Shown: positions 20,570 to 30,850 of the stretch, one piece after another
Numbering within the stretch: the stretch's first letter is position 1
Layout of the letters: every line of letters starts with the position of its first letter
Source: a bacterium
Lineage (GTDB): Bacteria; UBA8248; JACPRG01; G963555815
Assembly: GCA_965218795.1 (NCBI GenBank)
Contig: OZ244653.1
Location: 4,544,001-4,608,000 of the forward strand
Reading direction: 5' to 3'
DNA length: 64,000 nt
Program-made: the position numbers and the translations under genes
Notes under the pieces: generated by a model
The model's database searches: none
Told to the model about the DNA's origin: nothing
Seen by the model: the letters and a program-made list of their open reading frames with translations, nothing else

Positions 20570-21715
20570 ATGATGAAACATCGAAATGCGATCCTGGGGG
20601 GGAGGAAGAGCGTCAAAGTCGCCATCCCACAGTTCCCGCCGGTTTGGATGGACTTGCAAAAGTCAGTGGAACGGGCCTGCGGGCTGATCCGGGAGGCGGG
20701 TCGCGAAGGCGCCGAACTCGTGGCCTTCTCGGAGTCCTGGCTTCCAGGGTATCCCTATTGGTCCGAAGGGTGGGATTCGGACTTGGAGAAGTGGTCTGCG
20801 GCCAGACTTGCCTGGTATGAAAATTCGCTTTCCATCCCGAGCGAGGAACTGGATGCGCTCATTGATTCGGCCCATTCGGCCAACACCTACGTAGTGATGG
20901 CCTGCAACGAAAGGGACGGGCGACCCGGGACCGCCACGGTCTACAACACTCTGCTGTTCATCGGTCGGGAGGGGAAACTCATCGGCAAGCATCGCAAGTT
21001 GGTCCCCGTCGGACTGGAGCGCCTGTTCTACGGACGCGGCGATTCCCGGGACGTGGCGGTTTTTGAGACCGATATCGGCCGGATCGGCGGCCTGATCTGT
21101 TCGGAGAACACGATGACGGCGGTCCGGGCGGCGATGATTGCGATGGGAGAGGACATCCACGTTGCTCCGTGGGGCGGCAACTTCTCCTTCCACACGGGAC
21201 CGAGGATTCACGAAGCCGACCGGGATGGGCTGTTCTATGGACACGCGGTTTCCCGCTGTCACGCGGTCGAGGCAGCGGCCTTCGTCCTGGAGCCGGTCGC
21301 CATTATGGATGAGGCCCACATACCCCCTGATTTCCCCATGAGGGATCGGATGAATTTCTCCTATTCTCAGGGGGACAGCTCGGTCATCGGGCCTCTGGGG
21401 GTGCCGATTGCGGGTCCCGTCGAGGGTCAAAAGATGATCTATGCAACCCTTGAGGCCGACCATCTGAAACTCAAGAGAGCCGTTGTGGATACAGTCGGTC
21501 ACTACGGCCGGCCCGACGTTGTCCAGGTCCTCGTGAAGCCCTATTCGGGGGAGATGCTTCAAGAGGGATCCCACGGGCACCCATCCAGGCGGACGATGCT
21601 GGATTCTGACAGGATCCGCACTACGGCCGACCGATACGACCTGGATAAAGACATCCTGCGCGAGGCGATCGAGGATCTTTTGAGTTCATCCGGAGGGTCT
21701 TTGAGGTCCGGCTGA
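20570..21715 (+). CDS. Nitrilase/carbon-nitrogen hydrolase, copy 1
   Basis: FSESWLPGYP, HRKL, GGLICSEN, GHYGRPD. Confidence 0.9.
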   Translation: MMKHRNAILGGRKSVKVAIPQFPPVWMDLQKSVERACGLIREAGREGAELVAFSESWLPGYPYWSEGWDSDLEKWSAARLAWYENSLSIPSEELDALIDSAHSANTYVVMACNERDGRPGTATVYNTLLFIGREGKLIGKHRKLVPVGLERLFYGRGDSRDVAVFETDIGRIGGLICSENTMTAVRAAMIAMGEDIHVAPWGGNFSFHTGPRIHEADRDGLFYGHAVSRCHAVEAAAFVLEPVAIMDEAHIPPDFPMRDRMNFSYSQGDSSVIGPLGVPIAGPVEGQKMIYATLEADHLKLKRAVVDTVGHYGRPDVVQVLVKPYSGEMLQEGSHGHPSRRTMLDSDRIRTTADRYDLDKDILREAIEDLLSSSGGSLRSG

Positions 21716-21787
21716 GTCGCCCAAGAGCACTGGGTTCGGTCCTCAAAGTTGTGGTAGGGAAGGGAAATAACAAGAAAAGGAAGAACG

Positions 21788-23185
21788 ATGCAAAACAAAC
21801 GATGGAAGAGCATCCTAGGCGGCTTCGTATCACTGGCCCTGCTATGCGCGCTGTCGGCCATGGCCGGGGCGTGGACGTACGAGGAGGCCGCCAAACCTTA
21901 CCGGGGAATGACGTTATCCATTCTGGATGAGGTCACTCCGTTACAGCAAGCGATGATAACGTACATCCCCAACTTCGAAAAGGAGACGGGGATCAAGGTA
22001 GACTACCAACTCTTGAACCATTTTGAGGTGATCGTCAAGGGGCAGGCCGACATGCTCACCGGGCGGGGGGCCTACGACGCTGTCATGCTCCATTCTCCCC
22101 AGATGGGATTGCTGCTGAAGGCAGGGGTTATACGTCCGATTGACGATCTGATGAAAAACCCGAAACTCAGCAACCCCGACTTGGAACTGAATGACCTGAT
22201 TCAGCCTGCCCATGACACCTTGACCAAATTCAAAGGAAAGAGCTACGGATTCCTGACCTGGAACTACAATTTTGTTTATTGGGCTCGAAGAGACCTAATA
22301 GAACATCCAGCGGAGAAAGCCGCCTTCAAGGAGCGGTACGGCTATGAGCTCGCGCCGGCCAAGACGTTTCAGCAAATGCGGGACATCGCCGAGTTCTTCA
22401 CCCGGAAGAAGGGTCAGATGCTCGCGGGCCAGACGCTGGCAACTGACTTCTACGGCATCGTGATCGAGGGGGTCAAGGGCGGGGTCACGTTCTATGATCT
22501 CTGGTTCAACTACCTGCGGAACTGGGGCGGCGATCTTTTTGATGCCAGCGGCCGACCCACCATAGACCGTAAAGAGAATATCGAGGCGGTCAAGTTCTGG
22601 GCGTCGCTTTGGAAATTCTCACCCCCGGGCACAGCGGAGTATTCGCTCATTGACATTCCCACCGTTATGGGAAACGGAATTGCCGCTCAATGCTTTGCTG
22701 GGGCTGACTTTGTTTGGGGGATCGATAAGCCCGGGAAGTCGAAGCTTCACGGAAAGTTTGTTTATGGGGGGATTCCGAGAAACGCGAACTACTCCGGACG
22801 TCGGTCGGCTCATATGGTGCCTTCGTTTCTCGCTATCAATAAGACCAGCAAGAAGGCCGAAGCGACTTTCTTATTGCTGCAATGGCTGGTGGACAAGAAG
22901 ACCCAAGCCGAGTATATCAAGCAGGCGGGACACGCGGTGCCGATTCGGTACAGCACCTTCGATCTTCCAATGGTCAAGCAGTCAAAAATGGCAAGTCTGT
23001 ACGCGGGAATGAGGGAAACTTATAAACATGGGCGAGGATATCCCATGGTCCCAAAGCTCTATGAAATTTATTCATTAATGGGGGGTATCGTGCAAGAGAT
23101 CGCCCTCGGAAAGAAGTCTGCCGAGGCAGGTATGAAAGAGGGTCAGCGCAAAGTTCTAGCCATTTGCAAGAAGTGCTTGCTGTAA
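21788..23185 (+). CDS. Carbohydrate-type ABC solute-binding protein, copy 1
   Basis: Signal peptide, EAAKPYRG, FEKETGIKV, DIAEFF. Confidence 0.88.
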   Translation: MQNKRWKSILGGFVSLALLCALSAMAGAWTYEEAAKPYRGMTLSILDEVTPLQQAMITYIPNFEKETGIKVDYQLLNHFEVIVKGQADMLTGRGAYDAVMLHSPQMGLLLKAGVIRPIDDLMKNPKLSNPDLELNDLIQPAHDTLTKFKGKSYGFLTWNYNFVYWARRDLIEHPAEKAAFKERYGYELAPAKTFQQMRDIAEFFTRKKGQMLAGQTLATDFYGIVIEGVKGGVTFYDLWFNYLRNWGGDLFDASGRPTIDRKENIEAVKFWASLWKFSPPGTAEYSLIDIPTVMGNGIAAQCFAGADFVWGIDKPGKSKLHGKFVYGGIPRNANYSGRRSAHMVPSFLAINKTSKKAEATFLLLQWLVDKKTQAEYIKQAGHAVPIRYSTFDLPMVKQSKMASLYAGMRETYKHGRGYPMVPKLYEIYSLMGGIVQEIALGKKSAEAGMKEGQRKVLAICKKCLL

Positions 23186-23334
23186 TCGTTCACTCGTAAA
23201 ACCGAAGCGTCGGTGAGAAGGTGAACCTCGACTTCGGACAGGCGGAGTTGCTCGCGTTTGATCCTGAGCGGGGCCGGGCGATCGTATAAAGGAGAATCCG
23301 CACCCTTCATTCCAGTGCGATGAGGAGGGCTGGC

Positions 23335-24480
23335 ATGGTGAAACATCCAAATGCGATCCTGGGGGGGAGGAAGAGCGTCAAGGTTGCCATCCCTCAGTTC
23401 CCGCCCTTCTGGATGGACCTGAAGAGGTCAGTGGAACGGGCCTGCGAACTGATCCGGGAGGCGGGTCGCGAAGACGCTGAGCTCGTGGCCTTCTCTGAAG
23501 TCTGGCTTGCGGGATATCCTTTCTGGTCGGAAGGTTGGGATTCGGACCTGGAGAAGTGGTCTGCGGCCAGAGTGATTTGGTATGAAAATTCGATTTCGAT
23601 TCCGAGCGAGGAACTGGATGCGCTCATCGATGCGGCCCGTTCAGCGAACGCTTACGTGGTCATGGGTTGTAACGAACGGGATGAACGGCCCGGCACGGCA
23701 ACCGTTTACAACACCCTCCTGTTTATCGGCAGAGAGGGGAATCTGATCGGCAAGCATCGCAAGTTGATCCCCACGGGAATGGAGCGGATGTACCACGGAC
23801 GCGGCGATTCCCGGGACGTGGCGGTTTTTGAGACCGATATCGGTCGGATCGGCGGCCTGATCTGTTCGGAGAACACGATGACGGCGGTCCGGGCGGCGAT
23901 GATTGCGATGGGGGAGGATATCCACATCTCCGCCTGGCCTGGCAACTTTGCCGTCCACACAGGGCCGAGGGTCCATGAAGCAGATCGAGATGGTCTCTTC
24001 TGGGGGCATGCGGTCTCCCGGTGCCACGCGGTCGAGGCTTCGGCCTTCGTGGTTGAGCCCGTCGGTATTATGGATCAGGCCCACATGCCTTCTGATTTTC
24101 CTCTCGATGAGCGCTTCAACAATTCCTGGTCCCAAGGAGATAGTGAGGTCGTCGGACCGATTGGAGTTCCCGTCGCGGGTCCCGTTGAAGGCCAAAAAAT
24201 GATCTATGCAACACTTGAAGCCGACCTCTTGAAGGTGAAGAGAGGGATGGTGGACGCTGTAGGTCACTATTCACGACCCGATGTTGTCCAGGTCCTTTTG
24301 AAGCGGTTTGGAGGTGAAACTTTGCAGGTGGAACCGCCGCGCGGGCTCTCGGGAGAAAGAACCCTGCATTCCGACAGGGTTCGCTCGGTGGCGGACAAAT
24401 ATGATCTGGATGAAGACATCCTGCGCGAGGCGATCGAGGATCTTTTGAGTTCATCCGGAGGGTCTTTGAGGTCCGGCTGA
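23335..24480 (+). CDS. Nitrilase/carbon-nitrogen hydrolase, copy 2
   Basis: Same E-K-C triad; paralog of 20570-21715. Confidence 0.9.
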   Translation: MVKHPNAILGGRKSVKVAIPQFPPFWMDLKRSVERACELIREAGREDAELVAFSEVWLAGYPFWSEGWDSDLEKWSAARVIWYENSISIPSEELDALIDAARSANAYVVMGCNERDERPGTATVYNTLLFIGREGNLIGKHRKLIPTGMERMYHGRGDSRDVAVFETDIGRIGGLICSENTMTAVRAAMIAMGEDIHISAWPGNFAVHTGPRVHEADRDGLFWGHAVSRCHAVEASAFVVEPVGIMDQAHMPSDFPLDERFNNSWSQGDSEVVGPIGVPVAGPVEGQKMIYATLEADLLKVKRGMVDAVGHYSRPDVVQVLLKRFGGETLQVEPPRGLSGERTLHSDRVRSVADKYDLDEDILREAIEDLLSSSGGSLRSG

Positions 24481-24553
24481 GTCGCCAAGAGCGCTGGGTT
24501 CGGGCCTCAAAGTCGTGGAAGGAAGGAAAAGCACAAGAGGAGGAGGAGAAACG

Positions 24554-25951
24554 ATGCGAAACAAACGATGGAAAGGCATCCTAGGCGGCTTTGTATCACT
24601 GGCCCTGCTATGCGCCCTGTCGGCCACGGCCGGAGCATGGACGTACGAGGAGGCCGCCAAACCTTACCGGGGAATGACCATCACGGTCCTGGACGAGATC
24701 ACCCCGATGCAGGAGGCCATGCAGAAGTACGTCCTCAACTTCGAGAAGGAGACGGGCATCAAGGTGGATTACCAGCTCCTGAACCACTTCGAGGTGATCA
24801 GCAAGGGGCAGGCCGACATGCTCACCGGGCGGGGGGCTTACGACGCTGTCATGCTCCATTCTCCCCAGATGGGATTGCTGCTGAAGGCCGGGGTCATCCG
24901 GCCGATCGACGACCTGATGAAAAACCCCAAGGTCGGCAACCCCAATCTCGGCCTGGATGACCTCATCCAGCCGAGCTGGGATTCCCTGGCCAAGTTCAAG
25001 GGAAAGACCTACGGATTCCTGAACTGGAACTACAACTCGGTCTATTGGGCCCGGAAGGACCTCTTCGGCCACCCGGAGGAGAAGGCCGCCTTCAAGAAGC
25101 GCTACGGATACGATCTGGCTCCCGCGGAGACGTTCCAGCAGGTACGGGACATCGCTCAGTTCTTCACAAGGAAGAAAGGGGAAAAGCTGGCCGGGCAGAC
25201 GTTGGCCACCGACTCCTACGGCATCGTGATCGAGGGTATCAAGGGCGGCACCACCCTGTGGGACGTCTGGTACACCTTCGTCTTGAACTGGGGCGGCGAC
25301 TTCTTCGACAAGGAGGGCCGTCCCACCGTCGACCGCAAGGAGAATGTCGAGGCCGTCAAGTTCTGGGCCTCCCTCTGGAAGTACGCCCCTCCCGGGACGG
25401 CGGAATACTCCCTCATCGACGTCCCCACGCTGATGGGCAACGGCATCGCCGCGCAGTCCATCGCCTGGAGCGACTTCGGCCTGGGCGTCGACCAGCCCGG
25501 CAAGTCCAAATACGCCGGCCAGTTCGAATACCGGGGAATCCCGAGGAACGCGAACTATTCCGGACCCCGGGCGGCCGGAATCGAGCCTTCCTTGATCGTG
25601 ATCAGCACACACAGCAAGAAGGTCGAGCCGACGTTCCTGTTCCTGCAGTGGCTCATCGACAAGCGGATCCAGGACGACTTCATCACCAAGACGGGGTGGG
25701 GTGTGCCCGTGCGGAACAGCAGCTTCGATCTGCCGGTCTTGGCCCAGTCGAAGAACGCCTCCCTGTACGCGGCCATGAAGGAGACGCTGCAGTACGGTCA
25801 GGCCAAGCCCAAGGCGCCGAAGCTTTATGAAATCTTCGACGTTTTGAGTGGAATCGTACAGGAGATCGCCCTGGGCAAGAAAACGGCCGAACAGGGTTTG
25901 AAGGACGGCCAAAAGAAGGTCTTGTCGCTTTGCAAGAAGTGCTTCCTGTAA
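24554..25951 (+). CDS. Carbohydrate-type ABC solute-binding protein, copy 2
   Basis: Paralog of 21788-23185; RBS AGGAGG. Confidence 0.88.
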   Translation: MRNKRWKGILGGFVSLALLCALSATAGAWTYEEAAKPYRGMTITVLDEITPMQEAMQKYVLNFEKETGIKVDYQLLNHFEVISKGQADMLTGRGAYDAVMLHSPQMGLLLKAGVIRPIDDLMKNPKVGNPNLGLDDLIQPSWDSLAKFKGKTYGFLNWNYNSVYWARKDLFGHPEEKAAFKKRYGYDLAPAETFQQVRDIAQFFTRKKGEKLAGQTLATDSYGIVIEGIKGGTTLWDVWYTFVLNWGGDFFDKEGRPTVDRKENVEAVKFWASLWKYAPPGTAEYSLIDVPTLMGNGIAAQSIAWSDFGLGVDQPGKSKYAGQFEYRGIPRNANYSGPRAAGIEPSLIVISTHSKKVEPTFLFLQWLIDKRIQDDFITKTGWGVPVRNSSFDLPVLAQSKNASLYAAMKETLQYGQAKPKAPKLYEIFDVLSGIVQEIALGKKTAEQGLKDGQKKVLSLCKKCFL

Positions 25952-25971
25952 TCGTTCACTCGTAGAACCGA

Positions 25972-26005
25972 AGCGCCGGGGGGTCCCCCGTGACTCCCCG
26001 GCGCT
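25972..26005 (+). terminator. Intercistronic stem-loop after SBP
   Basis: AGCGCCGGGG..CCCCGGCGCT. Confidence 0.5.
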
Positions 26006-26020
26006 GAACGAGGCACGTGC

Positions 26021-26962
26021 ATGCCCGCTGCCGAAGCAGGGTCCCCGACCGTCGGACCGGCCCCTGCGGCACACGCCGAGACGAAGTCACGAAAGCGGAT
26101 TTTCTGGTACCCGTACGCCCTGATCGCCCCCACCATGATCACCCTCGTCGTGGTGAGTCTGATCCCATTCATCTATACGGCCTACCTCAGCTTCCACGAG
26201 ATGAACTACGCCCAGGTGGGGGACTTCGCCGGTTTCGCCAACTACAAGGTCCTGCTCACGGATGGTCGCTTCTGGCACAGCATGTGGATTGCCACGCTGA
26301 TCATACTCATCGCCGTGCCCGTCGAGTTCGCACTGGGTCTGACCGGGGCCTTGATCCTGAACCAGCGGATCCGGCTTCGATCCGTGATCATCCCGATCCT
26401 GTTCGTCCCCACCATGATGGCCCCCATCGTGGTGGCCATCCTCTGGAAGATCATGCTGGCGGGCTCCTGGGGTTTGCTCTCGTACAACATCCTTGAGCGA
26501 TTCGGCATCCTGAAAAAGCTTTCGGTTTTCGCCTCTCCGGACCTGGCCCTGTTCGCCATCATCTTCATCGACATTTGGGAGTGGAGCCCCTTCATGACAT
26601 TGGCGCTGTTCGCGGGCCTCCAGTCCCTGCCGGTCAATCCCTACCGGGCGGCCGCGGTGGACGGCGCCACCCCCTTGCAGACCTTCTTCCGCCTGACGAT
26701 GCCCCTGATGATCCCCCTCATGGCCGTCATCGGTCTGATTCGGTTCATCGACGCGTTCAAGATCTTCGATACGATCTTCATCCTCACGGCCGGCGGTCCG
26801 GGATCCACTACGGAGTCCGTGAGTCTTTTCACCTACAAGATGGTCTTCGATTGGTGGAAGATCGGGCCGGCCACCGCCACGGCGGTCATCATCTGGCTCC
26901 TGTTCTTTGTTTTCTGCAACGTGTTCTACCAGGTGGCCAAGAAGAAGCTCAGGGCCTTTTAA
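26021..26962 (+). CDS. Carbohydrate ABC permease (MalF/UgpA type)
   Basis: GFANY, DIWEWSPF, AAAVDGA, GGPG. Confidence 0.9.
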   Translation: MPAAEAGSPTVGPAPAAHAETKSRKRIFWYPYALIAPTMITLVVVSLIPFIYTAYLSFHEMNYAQVGDFAGFANYKVLLTDGRFWHSMWIATLIILIAVPVEFALGLTGALILNQRIRLRSVIIPILFVPTMMAPIVVAILWKIMLAGSWGLLSYNILERFGILKKLSVFASPDLALFAIIFIDIWEWSPFMTLALFAGLQSLPVNPYRAAAVDGATPLQTFFRLTMPLMIPLMAVIGLIRFIDAFKIFDTIFILTAGGPGSTTESVSLFTYKMVFDWWKIGPATATAVIIWLLFFVFCNVFYQVAKKKLRAF

Positions 26963-26985
26963 CGGTTTTCGTAGGAGTGACCAGG

Positions 26986-27831
26986 ATGACGACCGGAAGC
27001 GCGATTCGTGGTCAGACCGAGAGACGGAGGGAGCTGGCTTTTACGATCCTATCGATTGCCTATGTGCTGATCGTCGTCTTCCCCGTCATCTGGATGGCGC
27101 TCATGATGTTCAAGGCCGAAAGCGTCATGTTCGCCCGTCCAACGGTCTGGCTCTTCAAGCCCAGCCTGGAGCATTTCTCCTACGTCTGGGAGCAGGGCTT
27201 CGTCCAGAACCTCATCGCGTCCCTGATCGTCGCCGGCCTGAGCACGCTTCTGGTCGTGATCATCGGGACACCCGCCGCCTATGCCTTCGCGCGCTTTTCC
27301 ATGTGGCGCAAGGATGACCTCTTCCTGTTCATCCTGGCGACCCGGATGGCACCGCCCGTGGCTCTGGTGATTCCGTTCTATCTGATTTACGCCAAGGTCG
27401 GATTGCTGGATACCTACCCCGGCCTCATCATCGCCTACCTGACCTTCAACCTCTCGTTTTATGTCTGGGTCCTGAGCAGCTTTTGCCGGGAGTTGCCCGT
27501 CGAGTTGGAAGAGGCGGCCATGGCCGAGGGCTATCCCCGTTGGCAGATCCTGGTCAGGATCATCCTTCCCCTGCTCCGGCCCGGCATCATCGCCACCTCG
27601 GTCCTGTGTTTCATCTTCGCCTGGAACGAGTTCCTGTTCGCCTTCATGCTGGGCGGGAAGATCGTCAAGACACTTCCCGTGGCCATTCCGACGCTGATCA
27701 CCACCCAGGGGGTCAAGTGGGGCGAGCTCTCCATCGCGGGGATCGTGGCCCTCCTTCCGGTCCTGGCGGCGGTGTTCTTCCTCCAGCGCCACATCGTCCG
27801 AGGGCTGACCATGGGTGCGGTGAAAGGGTAG
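26986..27831 (+). CDS. Carbohydrate ABC permease (MalG/UgpE type)
   Basis: ELEEAA, FAWNEF, TLPV, GLTMGAVKG; ATG 26986 after AGGAG. Confidence 0.9.
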   Translation: MTTGSAIRGQTERRRELAFTILSIAYVLIVVFPVIWMALMMFKAESVMFARPTVWLFKPSLEHFSYVWEQGFVQNLIASLIVAGLSTLLVVIIGTPAAYAFARFSMWRKDDLFLFILATRMAPPVALVIPFYLIYAKVGLLDTYPGLIIAYLTFNLSFYVWVLSSFCRELPVELEEAAMAEGYPRWQILVRIILPLLRPGIIATSVLCFIFAWNEFLFAFMLGGKIVKTLPVAIPTLITTQGVKWGELSIAGIVALLPVLAAVFFLQRHIVRGLTMGAVKG

Positions 27832-28230
27832 CTTCGCGCCCGAATCATCATGAGCGACGGCCTTCCGGTTCTCCGCCAGGGGATTTCCGAGAGAACGGGT
27901 GTTACAGACCAGGGGCGGGTTTTCTCTGACGAAGCGGCTGCGATGGATGAAAGAGGCTGGGCTTGGTACACCCTCCAAAAAGCCTGCGGGCTCCCTCAAC
28001 TCTCCATAAATCAAAAAAGATGAACAGGACCCCCTGACGCGCGCAGGTCCGGGATTTCGGCCCGGCAGATGGTTTTGTGCCTCTCCCCGTGAGGGGTCTG
28101 CAAAGTTGTTGACAGGGACTATGGAAACAGGATGAAATATTTTTCGGCGAAGGAAATGCAAGATGAACCCTGGTGGTTGCTATGGGAAATCTCCGGTAGC
28201 AGTCGCAAAATCCTATGGGAGTGTCAAGGA

Positions 28231-29250
28231 ATGAGAAACCGCTGGCTCGATTTTTTCCCGGTTCTCTGTCTGGCTACCTTGAGTTTGATAGTTGCAACAA
28301 ACTCTTCGGCCCAAATGCGTCCAATCAAGAGTCTGAAAATAGCCATCGTCATGCCCTGTCCCATCAACGACTTTTCATGGTGTCAGACGGCTCACAAGAA
28401 TTTAATGAAGATGAAGAATAAGTACGGACTCCAGGTTGCTTTTCAGGAGCTTGTGAGCGACGTAGACTCCGAGCGGGTCATTCGGGGATTTGCCGATCAG
28501 GGCTATGACCTCATCCTCGCGGAAAATACCGGCTATCAGGACGCCAATCTCCGCGTTGCCAAAGACTATCCGAAACTCCACTTCGCCACTGTTGCGGGGT
28601 ATATCACCCGTTCACAGGGCGCCAAAAATTCTCCCGCAAACCATGCCGCCTATGACTGGCCTGCCCATCAAGCCGCTTATCTGGGCGGGATCATTGCGGG
28701 CCGAATGACAAAAACTGGAAAGATCGGATTCCTGAGTGCCCAGCCGGTTCCGGACATTGCCCGTCAATATGTCGGTTTTAAAGCCGGTATCGAAGCGACA
28801 AACCCAAACGCCAAGCTCTTTAAGATTCTGACGGGAAGCTGGATTGACTCCGCCAAGGCCAAAGAGGGAGCCAAGGCCCTGATGGAAATCGGCTGTGACG
28901 TCATAATGCAGGCCGCGAGCGCACCAGGGGTGGCCGCCCTCAAAGCCATTGCCGAGTCGGGAAAGTTGGTAATCGGCTATGAGTTGGACCAGAATCCACT
29001 CGCACCCAAACACGTTCTGACCAGCGTGATGCTCAATAAGGGCCTAGCGTACGAAGCCATGCTGAAGGCCGTTTCCAACGGAACGTTCGAAAGCAGGGAA
29101 TACCTGTTCGACATGTTGCAGAAGGGCGTTGATCTGGCCCCTTATCATGGAAACGTGCCTGCCAAGATCGCGGAGGAAGTCGCGGCCGCCCGGAAGAAAA
29201 TTGAGGCCGGAACGATTCAGATTCCCAACGTAACGCGGATGCCCAAATAA
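28231..29250 (+). CDS. BMP-family ABC substrate-binding protein
   Basis: Signal peptide, DFSWC, AYLGGIIAG, KTGKIG. Confidence 0.88.
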   Translation: MRNRWLDFFPVLCLATLSLIVATNSSAQMRPIKSLKIAIVMPCPINDFSWCQTAHKNLMKMKNKYGLQVAFQELVSDVDSERVIRGFADQGYDLILAENTGYQDANLRVAKDYPKLHFATVAGYITRSQGAKNSPANHAAYDWPAHQAAYLGGIIAGRMTKTGKIGFLSAQPVPDIARQYVGFKAGIEATNPNAKLFKILTGSWIDSAKAKEGAKALMEIGCDVIMQAASAPGVAALKAIAESGKLVIGYELDQNPLAPKHVLTSVMLNKGLAYEAMLKAVSNGTFESREYLFDMLQKGVDLAPYHGNVPAKIAEEVAAARKKIEAGTIQIPNVTRMPK

Positions 29251-29264
29251 GACGCCTACCCTTC

Positions 29265-29291
29265 GGGCGGGTTCCGTCTGCGAACCCGCCC
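29265..29291 (+). terminator. Intercistronic stem-loop
   Basis: GGGCGGGTTC-N7-GAACCCGCCC. Confidence 0.5.
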
Positions 29292-29329
29292 TGTGGGTCT
29301 ATTTCATCCTTTTGCTTCTCCTGCGCTCC

Positions 29330-30850
29330 ATGCTCCAGATGCAAAACATCACCAAGGCCTTTTCCGGCACTCTGGCGAACGACCGGGCCCATTTGGAGGT
29401 TGAATCCGGAGAGGTTCACGCCTTGCTCGGGGAGAACGGTGCAGGCAAATCGACCTTGATGAGCATTCTGTATGGTCTCTACGAGCCCCAGGAGGGAGAA
29501 ATCTTTTTGCGCGGCGAACCGGTCGTGATTCACTCGCCCCGTAAGGCCATTGACTTGGGTATCGGTATGGTCCATCAGCATTTCATGCTGGTTCCGGCCC
29601 TCACAGCGCTTGAAAACATCGTGATGGGCCTGCCCGGGCACCGGGGTATTTTTCTGGACCGCTTCCAAGCGACGGCGCGAATCAAGGAAATTTCCAGCCG
29701 ATACGGGCTGGACGTGGAACCCGCCGTAGAGACTTGGCAATTGTCGGTCGGGGTCCAGCAGCGGGTGGAGATTCTCAAGGCACTCTACCGTGATGCAAGA
29801 CTCCTCATCTTGGATGAACCCACTGCCGTGCTGACGCCCCAGGAGTCAACCAAGCTCTTTTGCGTCCTGCGGACACTGGCCGAGCAGGGGCATTCCATTA
29901 TTTTTGTCACCCACAAGCTCGAGGAGGTCCTCGAGGTCTGTGACCGGGCCACTGTCCTCCGAGATGGAAAAAACATCGCGACGGTCCGATGCACTGACGT
30001 CAGCGCTGAAGCCCTCGCCGAGATGATGGTCGGCCGGGAGGTCATGCTGAAAATGAAGAAGGAGACAGCGCGACCGGGGCGGGTCGTCCTCGACGTGGAG
30101 GGCCTGACAGCAGAGAGCGACCGCGGTGTCCCGGCCCTTCACGGAGTCTCGTTTCACATCCGGGCCGGCGAAATCGTCGGGGTGGCGGGGGTGGACGGCA
30201 ACGGCCAGCTTGAGCTGGTCGAGACCATTGCCGGCCTGCGTTCGCCAGGGACGGGAAAAATCCGGCTACTGGGTCAGGACATCACGCACGAAAAGATCCG
30301 GGTCCGGTCGGAATCGGGCATTGCCTACATTCCCGAAGACAGACACCGTCACGGCCTCATACTCGACTTCGACCTCTCCGACAACCTGATCCTTCGCCAT
30401 TACAACGCCGAATCCTTCTCTCGCCGGGGTTTTTTTCTCCCTTCCTCCGTCCGGGCGTTTAGTGATCGGCTGCTGGAGGAATACGATATCCGGAGCACGG
30501 GGCCGCGAACCCCTGCAAGAACTCTATCCGGCGGAAACCAGCAAAAACTCATCTTGGCGCGTGAAATTCACAATCGCCCATCCCTTCTACTCGCTTCCAA
30601 GCCGACCCGCGGTCTGGACGTCGGGGCCATTGAATTCGTCCGCAAGCGACTCATCGAAGAGCGAGACCGAGGTATGGCAGTCCTCCTCATCTCCACTGAT
30701 CTGGAAGAGATCCTCGCGCTTAGCGACCGCATCCTGATCCTATACGAGGGGCAATTCGTGGGGGAACTGGCCGCCGAAAATGCGGATGCGGGAACCATCG
30801 GGCTTATGATGGCGGGGGGCTCGAATGTTACAGCGGAAGACCGGGAGTGA
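29330..30850 (+). CDS. ABC ATP-binding protein, double NBD
   Basis: GENGAGKS, LSGGNQQK, PTRGLD. Confidence 0.93.
   Translation: MLQMQNITKAFSGTLANDRAHLEVESGEVHALLGENGAGKSTLMSILYGLYEPQEGEIFLRGEPVVIHSPRKAIDLGIGMVHQHFMLVPALTALENIVMGLPGHRGIFLDRFQATARIKEISSRYGLDVEPAVETWQLSVGVQQRVEILKALYRDARLLILDEPTAVLTPQESTKLFCVLRTLAEQGHSIIFVTHKLEEVLEVCDRATVLRDGKNIATVRCTDVSAEALAEMMVGREVMLKMKKETARPGRVVLDVEGLTAESDRGVPALHGVSFHIRAGEIVGVAGVDGNGQLELVETIAGLRSPGTGKIRLLGQDITHEKIRVRSESGIAYIPEDRHRHGLILDFDLSDNLILRHYNAESFSRRGFFLPSSVRAFSDRLLEEYDIRSTGPRTPARTLSGGNQQKLILAREIHNRPSLLLASKPTRGLDVGAIEFVRKRLIEERDRGMAVLLISTDLEEILALSDRILILYEGQFVGELAAENADAGTIGLMMAGGSNVTAEDRE

Noticed and set aside
20570-25951. Diversity-generating retroelement template/variable pair
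   Set aside because: No reverse transcriptase; differences are not adenine-specific and span whole genes
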